The translations under genes were made by a program, and so were the position numbers. Shown here in pieces: positions 18,300 through 30,490 of a stretch of 32,000 bases of DNA. Each line of letters opens with the position of its first letter. Positions within the stretch are counted from its first letter, which is position 1. The stretch spans positions 1,620,001 through 1,652,000 of the forward strand of contig NC_017856.1 of the NCBI RefSeq assembly GCF_000260965.1. Direction: 5' to 3'. The notes beneath the pieces are model-generated. The model ran no database searches. It saw only the letters and a program-made list of their open reading frames with translations, and was not told the DNA's origin. This DNA comes from Methylophaga frappieri (GTDB taxonomy: Bacteria > Pseudomonadota > Gammaproteobacteria > Nitrosococcales > Methylophagaceae).

Positions 18300-19448
18300 A
18301 TGCCTGATTCATTGCCAGCCGATTCTGTTGGTATTGTCGCGCCGCACACATTGCATGTTAAAACACCATTAACATTGGACTGCGGTCGCACGTTACCTGA
18401 GTTCACACTCATTTATGAAACTTATGGACAATTGAATGCCGACAAATCCAATGCGGTTCTGATCTGTCATGCATTGTCTGGCGACCACCATGCAGCGGGA
18501 TATCATGATCTTGACGATCGTAAACCTGGTTGGTGGGAATCCGCGATTGGTCCCGGAAAAGCGATTGATACCAATCACTTTTTCGTCGTCTGTCCAAATA
18601 ATTTAGGTGGCTGCAAAGGCTCAACCGGGCCAACCACAATAAATCCCGAAACCGGCCAAGTTTATGGGCCAGATTTCCCTATCGTCACCGTTAATGACTG
18701 GGTGAACAGTCAGGCCATTCTCGCCGACACATTAGGCGTGTCGCAATGGGCAGCGGTAATTGGTGGCAGTTTAGGTGGTATGCAGGCGCTACAGTGGGCT
18801 ATCTCGTTACCGAATCGCCTGCGACATGCCTTGATTATTGCCGCTGCGCCAAAATTATCAGCACAAAATATTGCTTTTAATGAAGTTGCCCGTACGGCAA
18901 TCAAGTCGGATCCAGATTTTCATGACGGCCATTATGCCGCGCATAATACATTGCCCAGACAAGGACTCGGTCTGGCCAGAATGTTGGGTCATATTACTTA
19001 CTTGTCTGATGAGGCCATGGGGCAAAAGTTTGGTCGAGAGTTGCGCAGCGGCGCTATTCAATATGGCTACGGCGTTGAGTTTCAAATCGAAAGTTATTTA
19101 CGCTATCAGAGCTCAAGCTTTGTCGAACGATTTGATGCCAATACTTATCTTCTAATGACCAAATCATTGGACTACTTTGATCCTGCCAAAGCATTCAATG
19201 ATGATTTATCGGCGGCGATGCAACCCATCACAGCGAAAACACTGGTCATGTCCTTTACCAGTGACTGGCGTTTTTCTCCACTCCGTTCATTAGAAATCGT
19301 CAATGCCATGTTAACCGCTGGTAAACAAGTCAGCTATGCTGAAATTGAAGCAAACCAAGGTCATGATGCTTTCCTGATGCCGATCCCCCGATATATGGAA
19401 ATTTTTTCGACCTATATGCAACAAGTGGCGCGTGAGGTAAACCTTTAA
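18300..19448 (+). CDS. metX: Homoserine O-acyltransferase MetX (acetyl- or succinyl-transferring)
   Basis: 382 aa alpha/beta hydrolase. HALSGDHH, nucleophile elbow [15 protein letters not shown]. Followed by metW. Confidence 0.9.
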   Translation: MPDSLPADSVGIVAPHTLHVKTPLTLDCGRTLPEFTLIYETYGQLNADKSNAVLICHALSGDHHAAGYHDLDDRKPGWWESAIGPGKAIDTNHFFVVCPNNLGGCKGSTGPTTINPETGQVYGPDFPIVTVNDWVNSQAILADTLGVSQWAAVIGGSLGGMQALQWAISLPNRLRHALIIAAAPKLSAQNIAFNEVARTAIKSDPDFHDGHYAAHNTLPRQGLGLARMLGHITYLSDEAMGQKFGRELRSGAIQYGYGVEFQIESYLRYQSSSFVERFDANTYLLMTKSLDYFDPAKAFNDDLSAAMQPITAKTLVMSFTSDWRFSPLRSLEIVNAMLTAGKQVSYAEIEANQGHDAFLMPIPRYMEIFSTYMQQVAREVNL

Positions 19449-20050
19449 TGACCCTTCGACTTGACTTGCAAATCATTAGTGACTGGATTCCAGACGGCAG
19501 CCGCGTGCTGGATCTTGGTTGCGGCAATGGCACTTTGCTTAACCACCTGCAACAGCGAGGTATTACGGGTTACGGACTGGAAATCGACAATAGTAAGTTT
19601 CCGGACTGTCTGCGCGCTGGTATCCAAGTCATCCAAGCCGATCTGGATGATGGGTTGCGGCAATTTGCCGATCACAGTTTTGACTACGTCATCTTGTCGC
19701 AAACCTTGCAGGCTATCAAACGCCCGGATTTTCTGTTGCATGAAATCATGCGTGTTGGTCAACATGGCATTATTGGTTTTCCCAACTTCGGTCATTGGCG
19801 TTGTCGTTTACAGCTGGGTCTGGGTGGCCATATGCCGGTTTCGAAAAGCCTGCCAAACGCCTGGTTTGAAACGCCGAATATTCATCTTTGTACCATTAAA
19901 GACTTTGAAAAATTATGCGCAGCAAATCGTTATAATGTGCTGGGCCGCAGTGTCGTCAACCATGCTTACAAAGACACTCCGGCTATTCGGTTATTGCCTA
20001 ACTTGTTTGGTGAAACCGCTGTTTATCTCATTCAGAATATTGCCTCATGA
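19448..20050 (+). CDS. metW: Methionine biosynthesis protein MetW
   Basis: 200 aa. SAM-MTase-like VLDLGCGNG. The ATG overlaps the metX stop (TAATG). Confidence 0.85.
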   Translation: MTLRLDLQIISDWIPDGSRVLDLGCGNGTLLNHLQQRGITGYGLEIDNSKFPDCLRAGIQVIQADLDDGLRQFADHSFDYVILSQTLQAIKRPDFLLHEIMRVGQHGIIGFPNFGHWRCRLQLGLGGHMPVSKSLPNAWFETPNIHLCTIKDFEKLCAANRYNVLGRSVVNHAYKDTPAIRLLPNLFGETAVYLIQNIAS

Positions 20051-20688
20051 CGCATCAGCCACAACAATTTATTGAATTTGCACTTAACACCGGCGTATTA
20101 CGATTTGGCCGATTTACCTTAAAGTCAGGCCGCCAAAGCCCATACTTTTTTAACAGTGGCTTGTTCCATAGTGGCGCCAGTCTGGCACGACTGGGCCAGT
20201 TTTACGCACAGCGTATTGTTGACAGTGAAGTGGCTTTTGATGTGTTGTTTGGGCCTGCCTATAAGGGTATTCCGCTTGCTTCAGCCACGGCGATTGCCTT
20301 GGCGGAACAGCATCAACGTGACGTGCCTTATGCTTTTAATCGTAAAGAAGCCAAAGATCACGGCGAAGGCGGAACGTTGGTCGGCGCCCCACTTGCAGGT
20401 CGTGTTCTCATTATTGATGATGTCATTTCTGCAGGTACCTCTGTCGGCGAGTCTGTCGAATTGATTCGGGCAGCAGGCGCTGAACCGGCTGGGGTTGTTA
20501 TCGCTCTGGATCGGCAGGAACGGGGGCAAACTGCGCTGTCTGCCATTGCCCAAGTTGAAGCCAACTATGGCATACCTGTTTTCAGTATTATCTGTCTGGC
20601 AGATTTATTGCGTTATCTGGAATCAGCATCTGACTTACAAACACATCGTGATGCCGTCGCTGCCTATCGGGCTGAATATGGTGTTTAA
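20047..20688 (+). CDS. pyrE: Orotate phosphoribosyltransferase
   Basis: 213 aa. PRPP-binding motif [28 protein letters not shown] overlap with the metW stop. Confidence 0.9.
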   Translation: MTHQPQQFIEFALNTGVLRFGRFTLKSGRQSPYFFNSGLFHSGASLARLGQFYAQRIVDSEVAFDVLFGPAYKGIPLASATAIALAEQHQRDVPYAFNRKEAKDHGEGGTLVGAPLAGRVLIIDDVISAGTSVGESVELIRAAGAEPAGVVIALDRQERGQTALSAIAQVEANYGIPVFSIICLADLLRYLESASDLQTHRDAVAAYRAEYGV

Positions 20689-21446
20689 ATTGGCCCGGTA
20701 ATGAGCCGAATTCCTATCAATAATGTCACGATTTCAAAGCAGCGTTTAATCCAGCGATTACCCCAGCGCAGCGCCAAATGCGAACCGAGATAACCGCCTA
20801 TTAATGAGCCGAAGAGCAGTGCTGGCAACCAGTCCCAGCGAATATCTCCCAATATGCCCAGCGTTATCGCCCCCGCCCCATTCCAGAACAGTCCCACCAG
20901 AATTAGGGTGTAGGCAACGGCACGTTGATAATCCATGCCAAACCAAAGCACCAGCCACAGCGTCACAAACAAACCGGTTCCGGAAGTTAACGAACCATTC
21001 AACACACCCAGAAAAAACAGCGCTCCACCACCCCAAGCAAAACCACGCACATCGCGTCGTTTAGGTTGATAATCTTGCCCTAAGTCCGGTGTTAAAAATG
21101 AATAAATCCCCAAACTGCCGGTTAATACACCCAGTGCCACCTCGGCCAGCCGATCCGGAACTTGCAAAATCAGATTGCCCCCCAGCACGACACCCGGTAA
21201 CCCGGCAACCAGTAACAAACTGACAAACTGTCGTTCAAGCCGACTGGTACGCAGATAACGCAATATCGCCCCCAAGCCCAAGGCGACACTGGCAACTTTA
21301 TGTGTCGCCAGAGCAACGGCAAAACTCAAGCCCAGAAAAATCAGCACCGGGAACTGGATCAGGCCGGCACCACCGCCACTTAACGCAGAAAAGGTATTGG
21401 CTAACAATGAAACAACAAACAGAATACAATGTTCAAACAGCGTCAT
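20685..21446 (-). CDS. TauE/SafE-family anion (sulfite/sulfonate) exporter-like membrane protein
   Basis: 253 aa, about 8 hydrophobic segments, Gly-rich TM helices ([13 protein letters not shown]...). Family call is from overall pattern only. Confidence 0.65.
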   Translation of the reverse strand: MTLFEHCILFVVSLLANTFSALSGGGAGLIQFPVLIFLGLSFAVALATHKVASVALGLGAILRYLRTSRLERQFVSLLLVAGLPGVVLGGNLILQVPDRLAEVALGVLTGSLGIYSFLTPDLGQDYQPKRRDVRGFAWGGGALFFLGVLNGSLTSGTGLFVTLWLVLWFGMDYQRAVAYTLILVGLFWNGAGAITLGILGDIRWDWLPALLFGSLIGGYLGSHLALRWGNRWIKRCFEIVTLLIGIRLITGPI

Positions 21447-21478
21447 GAAGACACCCGAAAAATTAGTCGAGGCTAGGG

Positions 21479-22144
21479 ATGATACGCAAAGCGTTATGTA
21501 ACAGCACCTTTTTACTTACCCTATTGGCCATTGTCAGCGTGAGTGAGGCAGGCCAGTTGTTTCGTTTCAAGGATGAGTCCGGTACGCCAACACTAAGTAA
21601 ACACCTACCATCTGAAGCGGCGCAAAAAGGCTACGATATTCTTGATGATGAAACCATGCGCTTGATTGAACGGATTCCACCCGCGCTGACAGAAGCAGAA
21701 CTTGCCGAACAGGCGGTACGCGCTGAGAAGCAGGCAGAGCAACGTGCCATCGCTGAACAACAAGCCAAAGTAGAAGCGGAACGCCAACGGCAACAACGAC
21801 TCTATGATTCTAATTTATTAGCCCTGTATCGTTCTGAAGCTGAACTTGATGCCGCGCAGGATAAAGAACTGAGTTATCTCATTGAAAAGCAAAATCTGCT
21901 TAAGGACAAGATTCCTGATTTAGAGCAAAAACTGATTCGGATTCAACAAGAAGCGGCGCAGCGGGAAATCGAAGGTCAGTCAATCAGTAATAATCTGCAA
22001 AAACGATTGATGGCGGCAGGTCAGGAATTGACCAATCACCAAAAGATGCACCGTGAGATTAGCACCGAACTGGAACAAGCACGTCAACAATATGCTGATG
22101 ACCGACAGCGTTTACGTTATCTTTTGGAAAGAAAAAAACGTTAA
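21479..22144 (+). CDS. Secreted DUF4124-domain protein with long Q/E/R-rich coiled coil
   Basis: 221 aa. Signal-like [14 protein letters not shown], then [18 protein letters not shown] (DUF4124-like). The rest is heptad-like and charged. Confidence 0.55.
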   Translation: MIRKALCNSTFLLTLLAIVSVSEAGQLFRFKDESGTPTLSKHLPSEAAQKGYDILDDETMRLIERIPPALTEAELAEQAVRAEKQAEQRAIAEQQAKVEAERQRQQRLYDSNLLALYRSEAELDAAQDKELSYLIEKQNLLKDKIPDLEQKLIRIQQEAAQREIEGQSISNNLQKRLMAAGQELTNHQKMHREISTELEQARQQYADDRQRLRYLLERKKR

Positions 22145-23196
22145 AGCAAGCGCGCCAGCTCGGCCAGCAATAATCTGTTCTGTTCCGTTGTGCCAATGGT
22201 AATTCGCAAGAACTGTTCAATCCGTGGCTTTTTAAAATGTCGGACAATGATGCCGGCCTCGCGCAATGCCTGCGCCAATTTAGCCGCGTCATAATCAGCA
22301 TGTCGGGCAAACACGAAATTCGCGGCTGAAGGTAACACGTCAAAACCCAATGCTTGCATTGCCTGTGTCACATCCTCTCGCGCAGCAATCACCTTCTGCT
22401 GACAAGAAGCAAAGTAGGCTTCATCTTCAAATGCAGCAACACCCGCCGCAATCGCTAGGCTATCAAGAGGATAAGAATTAAAGCTATCTTTCACTCTTAC
22501 CAAGGCTTCTATGAGTGCGGCATCACCAATAGCAAAGCCAATTCGCATTCCTGCCAAAGACCGCGACTTGGAGAGTGTTTGCGTAACCAATAGATTCGGA
22601 TAGTGCTTTGTTAGCTGAACTGCCGATTCACCGCCAAAATCAACATAAGCTTCGTCAATGACGACGACTGATCCGGTATTTTTTTGCAGTAATACGTCAA
22701 TTTCTGACACCGACAATGGTCGGCCAGTGGGCGCATTCGGGTTGGGGAAAATAATACCGCCATTGGGCTGCAGATAATCAGACACCTTCAGCGAAAAGTC
22801 CCCAGCTAACGGGATCTGACGATAATCAATATCGTATAGCTGACAATAGACTGGATAGAAACTGTACGTAATATCCGGAAAAAAAATCGGTAAGTCATGC
22901 TTGAACAAGCCATGAAAAACATGCGCCAGCACTTCATCAGAGCCATTACCTACAAAAACATGCTTTATCTCAACATCGTGGTAATCGGCAATCGTTTGAC
23001 GTAATAGGCCACCATCCGGAACCGGATACAAACGCAGCCGGTCATCTGCCGCATGTCGAATGGCTTCAATCACTTTGGGCGAAGGGCCAAATGGATTTTC
23101 ATTGGTGTTTAGCTTAACCAAATTATGGCCACGCGGTTGTTCACCGGGCACGTAAGGCTCCAGCGAATGCACAAAGTCACTCCAATATTGACTCAT
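22141..23196 (-). CDS. hisC: Histidinol-phosphate aminotransferase
   Basis: 351 aa. NTNENP, PLP-lysine context [14 protein letters not shown]. Immediately downstream of hisD (TGATG overlap). Confidence 0.9.
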   Translation of the reverse strand: MSQYWSDFVHSLEPYVPGEQPRGHNLVKLNTNENPFGPSPKVIEAIRHAADDRLRLYPVPDGGLLRQTIADYHDVEIKHVFVGNGSDEVLAHVFHGLFKHDLPIFFPDITYSFYPVYCQLYDIDYRQIPLAGDFSLKVSDYLQPNGGIIFPNPNAPTGRPLSVSEIDVLLQKNTGSVVVIDEAYVDFGGESAVQLTKHYPNLLVTQTLSKSRSLAGMRIGFAIGDAALIEALVRVKDSFNSYPLDSLAIAAGVAAFEDEAYFASCQQKVIAAREDVTQAMQALGFDVLPSAANFVFARHADYDAAKLAQALREAGIIVRHFKKPRIEQFLRITIGTTEQNRLLLAELARLL

Positions 23197-24489
23197 CAGG
23201 ACTTCAGACGATATTCCGCACTGCGTGCATGTGCGGTCAGGCTCTCGCCTCTCGCCAGTACCGAAGCAATCTTACCCAAAGGCTGTGCGCCTTCTGCAGA
23301 AACCTGAATCAGACTGGATCGTTTTTGAAAGTCATAAACGCCCAGCGGAGAACTAAATCTGGCTGTCCGCGAGGTAGGTAAGACGTGATTTGGTCCCGCA
23401 CAATAATCACCAAGCGCTTCCGGCGTATAACGGCCCATAAAAATCGCGCCCGCGTGGCGGATTTTTTTCGCCATTTCGGCTGGATCATCAACAGACAGCT
23501 CCAAGTGTTCCGCAGCAATAAAGTTAGCCACTTCAATCGCTTCATCCAAATCTGCCACTTGAATCAATGCCCCTCTGCTGTTCAGTGAGGTTGTGATGAT
23601 CTCTTGTCGCTCCATCGTGGGCAGCAACTTTTCGATGGATTCAGAAACTCGTCGTAAAAAATCGGCATCGGGTGAAACCAAAATGGATTGCGCATCTTCG
23701 TCATGCTCAGCCTGCGAAAACAAATCCATCGCTATCCAGTCAGGATCCGTTTTGCCATCACAGATCACCAAAATTTCTGATGGCCCGGCAATCATGTCAA
23801 TACCAACGGTCCCAAACACCATGCCTTTTGCCGTAGCCACAAAAATATTGCCCGGTCCAACAATTTTATCTACCTGCGGAATGGTTTCAGTACCATAAGC
23901 TAAAGCAGCGACAGCTTGAGCACCACCCACGGCAAAAATCCGATCAACACCTGCGATGGCTGCAGCAGCAAGCACCAGTTCATTCACTTCGCCATCCGGC
24001 GTTGGCACAACCATAATCAATTCTTTGACACCGGCCACTTTGGCTGGCAAAGCGTTCATTAATACCGAAGAGGGGTAAGCCGCCTTGCCACCAGGCACAT
24101 ACAAACCAGCCCGGTCTAAAGGTGTTACTTGTTGACCCAGTACCGTGCCATCGGCTTCCGTATATTGCCAAGAATCTTGTTTTTGATGTTCATGGTAACG
24201 ACGAACCCGCTCTGCCGCCTGTTCCAAGGCCTGGCGCTGCACAACTGGAATATTATTCAGCGCTGCCTGCGCACGGTTCAGTGGAATTTCCAACTCCGCC
24301 ATAGTGGAGACGTTCAAGCGGTCAAAACGACAGCTGTATTCGACCACCGCCGCATCGCCACGTTTTTTTACGTCGGCCAGTATGTTTCTAACGGTTTCCG
24401 TTACCGCCGCATCAGACACGCCTTCCCAAGCCAGAAGATGGGTAAGTTGTTGCCAAAAATCGGCTGAACTATAATTAAGTTGACTGATA

Positions 24490-24500
<11 letters not shown>
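23196..24500 (-). CDS. hisD: Histidinol dehydrogenase
   Basis: 434 aa. [28 protein letters not shown] motifs. Confidence 0.92.
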
Positions 24501-26440
<1,940 letters not shown>

Positions 26441-26665
26441 CTACTTCTCGGCACGGGTTTTTAATGACAAGGCATGCAGTTCGCCACTGGTAAACTTATC
26501 GCCCAGTGTGGCCTTAACCATACGGTGTTGTTCAATGAGGCTTTTACCAGCAAAGGCAGGACAAATCACCACCGCATCAAAATGCTCACCATCCTCGCCG
26601 ATAACGACAACGTCGGCATCAGGCAATCCGGCTTCGATTAACTGCTTAATTTCACTGGCTTTCAT
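26441..26665 (-). CDS. ibaG: BolA-family protein IbaG/YrbA
   Basis: 74 aa. ...GDKFTSGELHALSLKTRAEK. Sits between mlaB and murA, as in other gammaproteobacteria. Confidence 0.8.
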   Translation of the reverse strand: MKASEIKQLIEAGLPDADVVVIGEDGEHFDAVVICPAFAGKSLIEQHRMVKATLGDKFTSGELHALSLKTRAEK

Positions 26666-26667
26666 AC

Positions 26668-26967
26668 TTACAAAGATTCCTGAGGTAAAAGTGTTTCCAA
26701 ACCACTGGCTTTCGCCATGGCTTGCATTTGTGTGGGCAGATTTGAGAAGTAAATGGCTTTATCTTGTTGTTTTGCCATACGCAACCATTGAATCAACAAT
26801 GCCAGTCCCGCACTGTCACTGTGTTCAACATTCTCCAAATCGACATTGATTGTTGTCAGCTCAGCGATAAGTGGTTCACTTTGCGCCAAATTCTGCGCAA
26901 CCGTTTCAAACGTCAGCACATCACTGACTATCAGTCTTTGTGTTGCATCGTCCAAACTGACCGTCAT
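26668..26967 (-). CDS. mlaB: STAS-domain protein MlaB
   Basis: 99 aa, STAS-like (DSAGLALLIQWLR). Position in the mla operon. Confidence 0.75.
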   Translation of the reverse strand: MTVSLDDATQRLIVSDVLTFETVAQNLAQSEPLIAELTTINVDLENVEHSDSAGLALLIQWLRMAKQQDKAIYFSNLPTQMQAMAKASGLETLLPQESL

Positions 26968-27602
26968 AACCGGGCTTTCTGATTCCGGGCGGTCAAATCT
27001 GCAAGCAGTTTTTCCACCCCGCCGTTATTAATATCCCGCGCAAAGGAAGAACGATAATTGGTCACCAGACTAATACCTTCTATTTTGACGTCATAGACCT
27101 TCCAGGCATCTTCTTTGTTTTGATACAACGACAACACCATTGGAATAGCAGGCCCGCCAGTTTGCACCACTTCCATTGGCACATTGACCCGTTTTTTGCT
27201 TAAGTCATCATGAAACGGCAAAAACCGAATTTCTTCTTCTGTGTACTCCAACATCGCAGTGGAATAAGTACGCACCAGCAGAATGCGAAACTCTTCAACA
27301 AACTGTTTTTGTTGCTCCCCGTCCAGTTGATGCCAGTTTTTCCCCAATGCCAGCTTGGCCATTCGAGCAAAATCAAAATGTGGAATAAGAATTTCTTCCA
27401 CCAGACCATATATTTGTGTTGGATCTGCTTCCAACTTGGCCTCATTCTCTTTCAGCGCGGCCAACATATCATCAGAAGCGGTTTTAACTAATGCCTGAGG
27501 TGCCGGCATGTCGGCTGCCGATACAGTTCCTATCACCGCCAGCAATGCCAAACTGAGAAGCATCGCAGTAAACTGTTTTGGACTTTTTAATAGTTGCATC
27601 AT
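26964..27602 (-). CDS. mlaC: Periplasmic phospholipid-binding protein MlaC (Ttg2D family)
   Basis: 212 aa. Signal peptide ...AVIGTVSAA. The HFDFARMAKLALGKNW motif is typical of MlaC/Tol-tolerance proteins. Confidence 0.85.
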   Translation of the reverse strand: MMQLLKSPKQFTAMLLSLALLAVIGTVSAADMPAPQALVKTASDDMLAALKENEAKLEADPTQIYGLVEEILIPHFDFARMAKLALGKNWHQLDGEQQKQFVEEFRILLVRTYSTAMLEYTEEEIRFLPFHDDLSKKRVNVPMEVVQTGGPAIPMVLSLYQNKEDAWKVYDVKIEGISLVTNYRSSFARDINNGGVEKLLADLTARNQKARL

Positions 27603-27604
27603 GT

Positions 27605-28069
27605 TCAGTTACCTTCTGCCTGACTATAAAGAAACTGACCAATAATCTGCTCCAGCACCACCGCTGGTTGGGTCAGCATTATTTCATCACCATCGGCCAG
27701 ATAAAAATCATCTGCGCCGGCTTCTAAACCGATATATTGTTCACCCAGCAAACCAGCGGTGAAAATACTGGCCGAGCTATCCAGCGGGATGGTGTCGTAC
27801 TGGGAATAAATATTGAGTGTCACAACGGCATCATACGTATTCGGGTCCAGTTTAATATTGGCGACACGACCAACGCGCACCCCGGCCATCGAAACCGGTG
27901 AGCGCACTTTTAACCCGCCAATATTCTGAAAGTTGGCCGTCACTTGGTAGCCCTGCTGATCCGCCAAATCACCTAGATTACTGACTTTCATTGCCAGCAT
28001 GAACAGGGCTGCTAACCCAGCGGCGACGAACAGGCCGACCAGAATCTCTGCTTGTTTATTTTGCATCAT
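27605..28069 (-). CDS. mlaD: MCE-domain outer-membrane lipid asymmetry protein MlaD
   Basis: 154 aa. Single N-terminal TM, then an MCE domain (GGLKVRSPVSMAGVRVGRV). Confidence 0.88.
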   Translation of the reverse strand: MMQNKQAEILVGLFVAAGLAALFMLAMKVSNLGDLADQQGYQVTANFQNIGGLKVRSPVSMAGVRVGRVANIKLDPNTYDAVVTLNIYSQYDTIPLDSSASIFTAGLLGEQYIGLEAGADDFYLADGDEIMLTQPAVVLEQIIGQFLYSQAEGN

Positions 28070-28072
28070 TAC

Positions 28073-28849
28073 CTACTCTCCGAACATCAACGCTGTCAGA
28101 ACAAAATCCAGCCCAAGAATCGCAAATGCTGAGTGCACAACGGTACGGGTTGTCGCCCGTCCCACGCCCTCAGATGTCGGCACCGCATCATAGCCTTCAA
28201 ACAAGGCTATCCATGTGACAACAAAACCAAATACAATGCTTTTAATTACGCCGTTTAATACGTCATCATACCAATCTGTTTTAGCTTGCATTTGTGACCA
28301 GAAAGCACCATCGTCAACACCCAGCAGGCCATGTCCAACGAGAAATGCACCCAAGACGCCCACAGCACTGAATATCGCTGCTAACAGAGGCATCGAAACT
28401 ACCCCGGCCAAAAACCGTGGTGCAATGACGCGACGCACTGGATCAACCGCCATCATCTCCATACCAGAAAGTTGTTCCGTACTTTTCATTAAACCGACTT
28501 CCGCGGTTAATGCCGAACCCGCACGACCGGCAAACAGTAACGCGCTGACCACCGGTCCCAGCTCTCTCACCAGCGACAAAGAGACCAACACACCTAACGA
28601 TTCTTCTGCGCCAAAATCAACAAGCGTATTGTAGCCCTGCAAGCCAAGCACCATGCCGACAAACAGTCCGGAAATCACAATGATCAGTACCGACAAGACC
28701 CCGACATAGAAAAGCTGCTGAACCACCAGAGAAAAACGCAAGAATAAAGCGGGCGTGCCAACGAGAACCTGACCAAGCAACAAACTGGCACGTCCCAGAC
28801 GTTCCATTGTGCTTAAGCCCCAGCGCCCAAGACGTCGGATTGTCATCAT
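28073..28849 (-). CDS. mlaE: ABC transporter permease MlaE
   Basis: 258 aa. Multi-[27 protein letters not shown] motif of the MlaE/Ttg2B family. Confidence 0.9.
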   Translation of the reverse strand: MMTIRRLGRWGLSTMERLGRASLLLGQVLVGTPALFLRFSLVVQQLFYVGVLSVLIIVISGLFVGMVLGLQGYNTLVDFGAEESLGVLVSLSLVRELGPVVSALLFAGRAGSALTAEVGLMKSTEQLSGMEMMAVDPVRRVIAPRFLAGVVSMPLLAAIFSAVGVLGAFLVGHGLLGVDDGAFWSQMQAKTDWYDDVLNGVIKSIVFGFVVTWIALFEGYDAVPTSEGVGRATTRTVVHSAFAILGLDFVLTALMFGE

Positions 28850-29652
28850 TGGGATTCCTCCCCTGCCATCAGATCCGCCTCAAAACTGGTTCCCGGATAA
28901 TGAAACGGTACCGGACCATCGGGTAAACCTTGCAAAAATTGTTCAACCCAAGGCGAACCCGACTTTTTCAACTGCTCTGTGGTGCCCTGTTCGATCACTT
29001 TTCCGCCAGAAAGTAAGTAAATATCATCGGCAATGCGCGCTGTTTCGGCAACATCATGTGACACCACAATACTGGTTAGTCCCATGGCATCGTTAACCCG
29101 CCGGATCAGGTTGACCAGGGTGCCCATTGAGATAGGATCCTGACCAGTAAAAGGCTCATCATACATAATCATCATCGGATCCAGCGCCATGGCACGGGCC
29201 AGCGCAACACGACGCGCCATACCTCCTGACAACTCTGATGGCATTAAATGTCGCGCATTACGTAAACCAACGGCCTGTAATTTCATTAATACCAAATCGC
29301 GAATCATCGAGGCGGGCAGTCGCGTATGCTCGCGAAGCGGGAACGCAACATTATCAAAAACACTGATATCAGTAAGTAATGCACCACTCTGAAACAGCAT
29401 TCCCATCCGTTTACGAAGCGCATACAGTGACGACCGATTCAGTTTATTGACATCTTGGCCATCGACTTCAATAGTGCCACGATGGGGTTTCAACTGACCG
29501 CCAATCAACTTCAGCAAAGTGGTTTTTCCTGTGCCACTTGGCCCCATGATAGCCGTCACCTTACCGCGATAAATGTCGATATCGATACCATCGAAAATCG
29601 CTTTATTACCGCGATAAAAATGCAAATCCCGTATTTTGATCAGTGGCGTCAT
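28846..29652 (-). CDS. mlaF: ABC transporter ATP-binding protein MlaF
   Basis: 268 aa. Walker [10 protein letters not shown], signature LSGGMARR, Walker B MIMYDEP. Confidence 0.9.
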   Translation of the reverse strand: MTPLIKIRDLHFYRGNKAIFDGIDIDIYRGKVTAIMGPSGTGKTTLLKLIGGQLKPHRGTIEVDGQDVNKLNRSSLYALRKRMGMLFQSGALLTDISVFDNVAFPLREHTRLPASMIRDLVLMKLQAVGLRNARHLMPSELSGGMARRVALARAMALDPMMIMYDEPFTGQDPISMGTLVNLIRRVNDAMGLTSIVVSHDVAETARIADDIYLLSGGKVIEQGTTEQLKKSGSPWVEQFLQGLPDGPVPFHYPGTSFEADLMAGEESQ

Positions 29653-29700
29653 AGCCCTGCCGGCAACTAAAAAATAAAGGGGTTAATTTTGGGTAATATG

Positions 29701-29719
29701 TTGATTTAAGTCAAATCAA
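29701..29719. promoter_or_regulatory. 7-bp inverted repeat TTGATTT-N5-AAATCAA in the mlaF / SRPBCC divergent intergenic region
   Basis: A perfect 7+7 palindrome with a 5-nt spacer, 49 nt upstream of the mlaF ATG and 147 nt upstream of the SRPBCC ATG. Candidate operator; no known factor assigned. Confidence 0.3.
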
Positions 29720-29865
29720 ACTAAGGTGTCATGACCACTTATTAGCGCCTATGATTTCTCCTTCGGCATTCGAATAGGAAATTTTCCGTTGGTTTTTGTT
29801 CATAGTCAGTTCAGAATTGACGTGATAAGTTCCCTAGTGCGTTGTAAATCAATTCGGAGTAAAAA

Positions 29866-30429
29866 ATGAAAAAATTGTTACATTTATTCGCCGTTACCAT
29901 GACTATCATACCAATGCTGGCAAGTGCTCATGGTCCAACTCGTCAAATGGTGGAAGAGAAAATTATTATTAATGCGCCGGTCGACAAAGTGTGGGCAATG
30001 GTCAAAGACTTCTCTGCAATAGATCAATGGCATCCGGCAGTCAAAAGCGTTGCAATGAAAGATGATAAAACACGCACACTCACACTTAAAGCGGATGGTG
30101 AGCCAACGATCACTGAGGAACTGGACAAAGTTGATGATGAAAAAATGATGTTAATCTACACCATTGAAGACATGAGCGTTGTCAAGACGATTACTTTCAA
30201 TAGTAAAGATACACCTTATTACACTTTGCCAGTTTCCACATATAAATCATGGATTTATGTTAAAGAAGTCGATAAAGGAACCGAAGTTAAATGGCGGGGA
30301 AAATTTTATCGCTCGTTTATGGATAATCCACCCGTTCCAGAAGGTCAATCGGATTCGGATGCTGTCGATGTGATTACAGATGTTTATAAATCTGGTTTGG
30401 AAAATCTGAAAAACGTACTAGAAAAATAA
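29866..30429 (+). CDS. Secreted SRPBCC-fold (polyketide cyclase/START-like) protein, MxaD-like
   Basis: 187 aa. Signal peptide MKKLLHLFAVTMTIIPMLASA, then a mature N-terminus HGPTRQMVEEKIIINAPVDKVWAMVKDFSAIDQWHP. The HGP..Q start plus V/W..V.DF...WHP pattern matches what I remember of periplasmic MxaD-type SRPBCC proteins. GGAG SD upstream. Confidence 0.65.
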   Translation: MKKLLHLFAVTMTIIPMLASAHGPTRQMVEEKIIINAPVDKVWAMVKDFSAIDQWHPAVKSVAMKDDKTRTLTLKADGEPTITEELDKVDDEKMMLIYTIEDMSVVKTITFNSKDTPYYTLPVSTYKSWIYVKEVDKGTEVKWRGKFYRSFMDNPPVPEGQSDSDAVDVITDVYKSGLENLKNVLEK

Positions 30430-30458
30430 TGTTTATCACGAATTTCAGCTATACAACG

Positions 30459-30490
30459 AAAACGGTCCTTTCATGGGCCGTTTTTTTCTT
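30459..30490 (+). terminator. Rho-independent terminator downstream of the SRPBCC gene, overlapping the next gene's start codon
   Basis: AAAACGGTCC-TTTCAT-GGGCCGTTTT followed by TTTCTT. The 8-10 bp stem has one G.T wobble and is followed by a T-run. The ATG at 30473-30475 lies at the loop/stem junction. Confidence 0.7.

Noticed and set aside
19461-20075. 204-aa ORF on the same strand as metW but in another frame, spanning the whole gene.
   Set aside because: The MetW frame has clear family motifs (VLDLGCGNG), whereas the alternative frame is Cys/Leu-rich with no motif and no SD. It is most likely a stop-free off-frame by chance.
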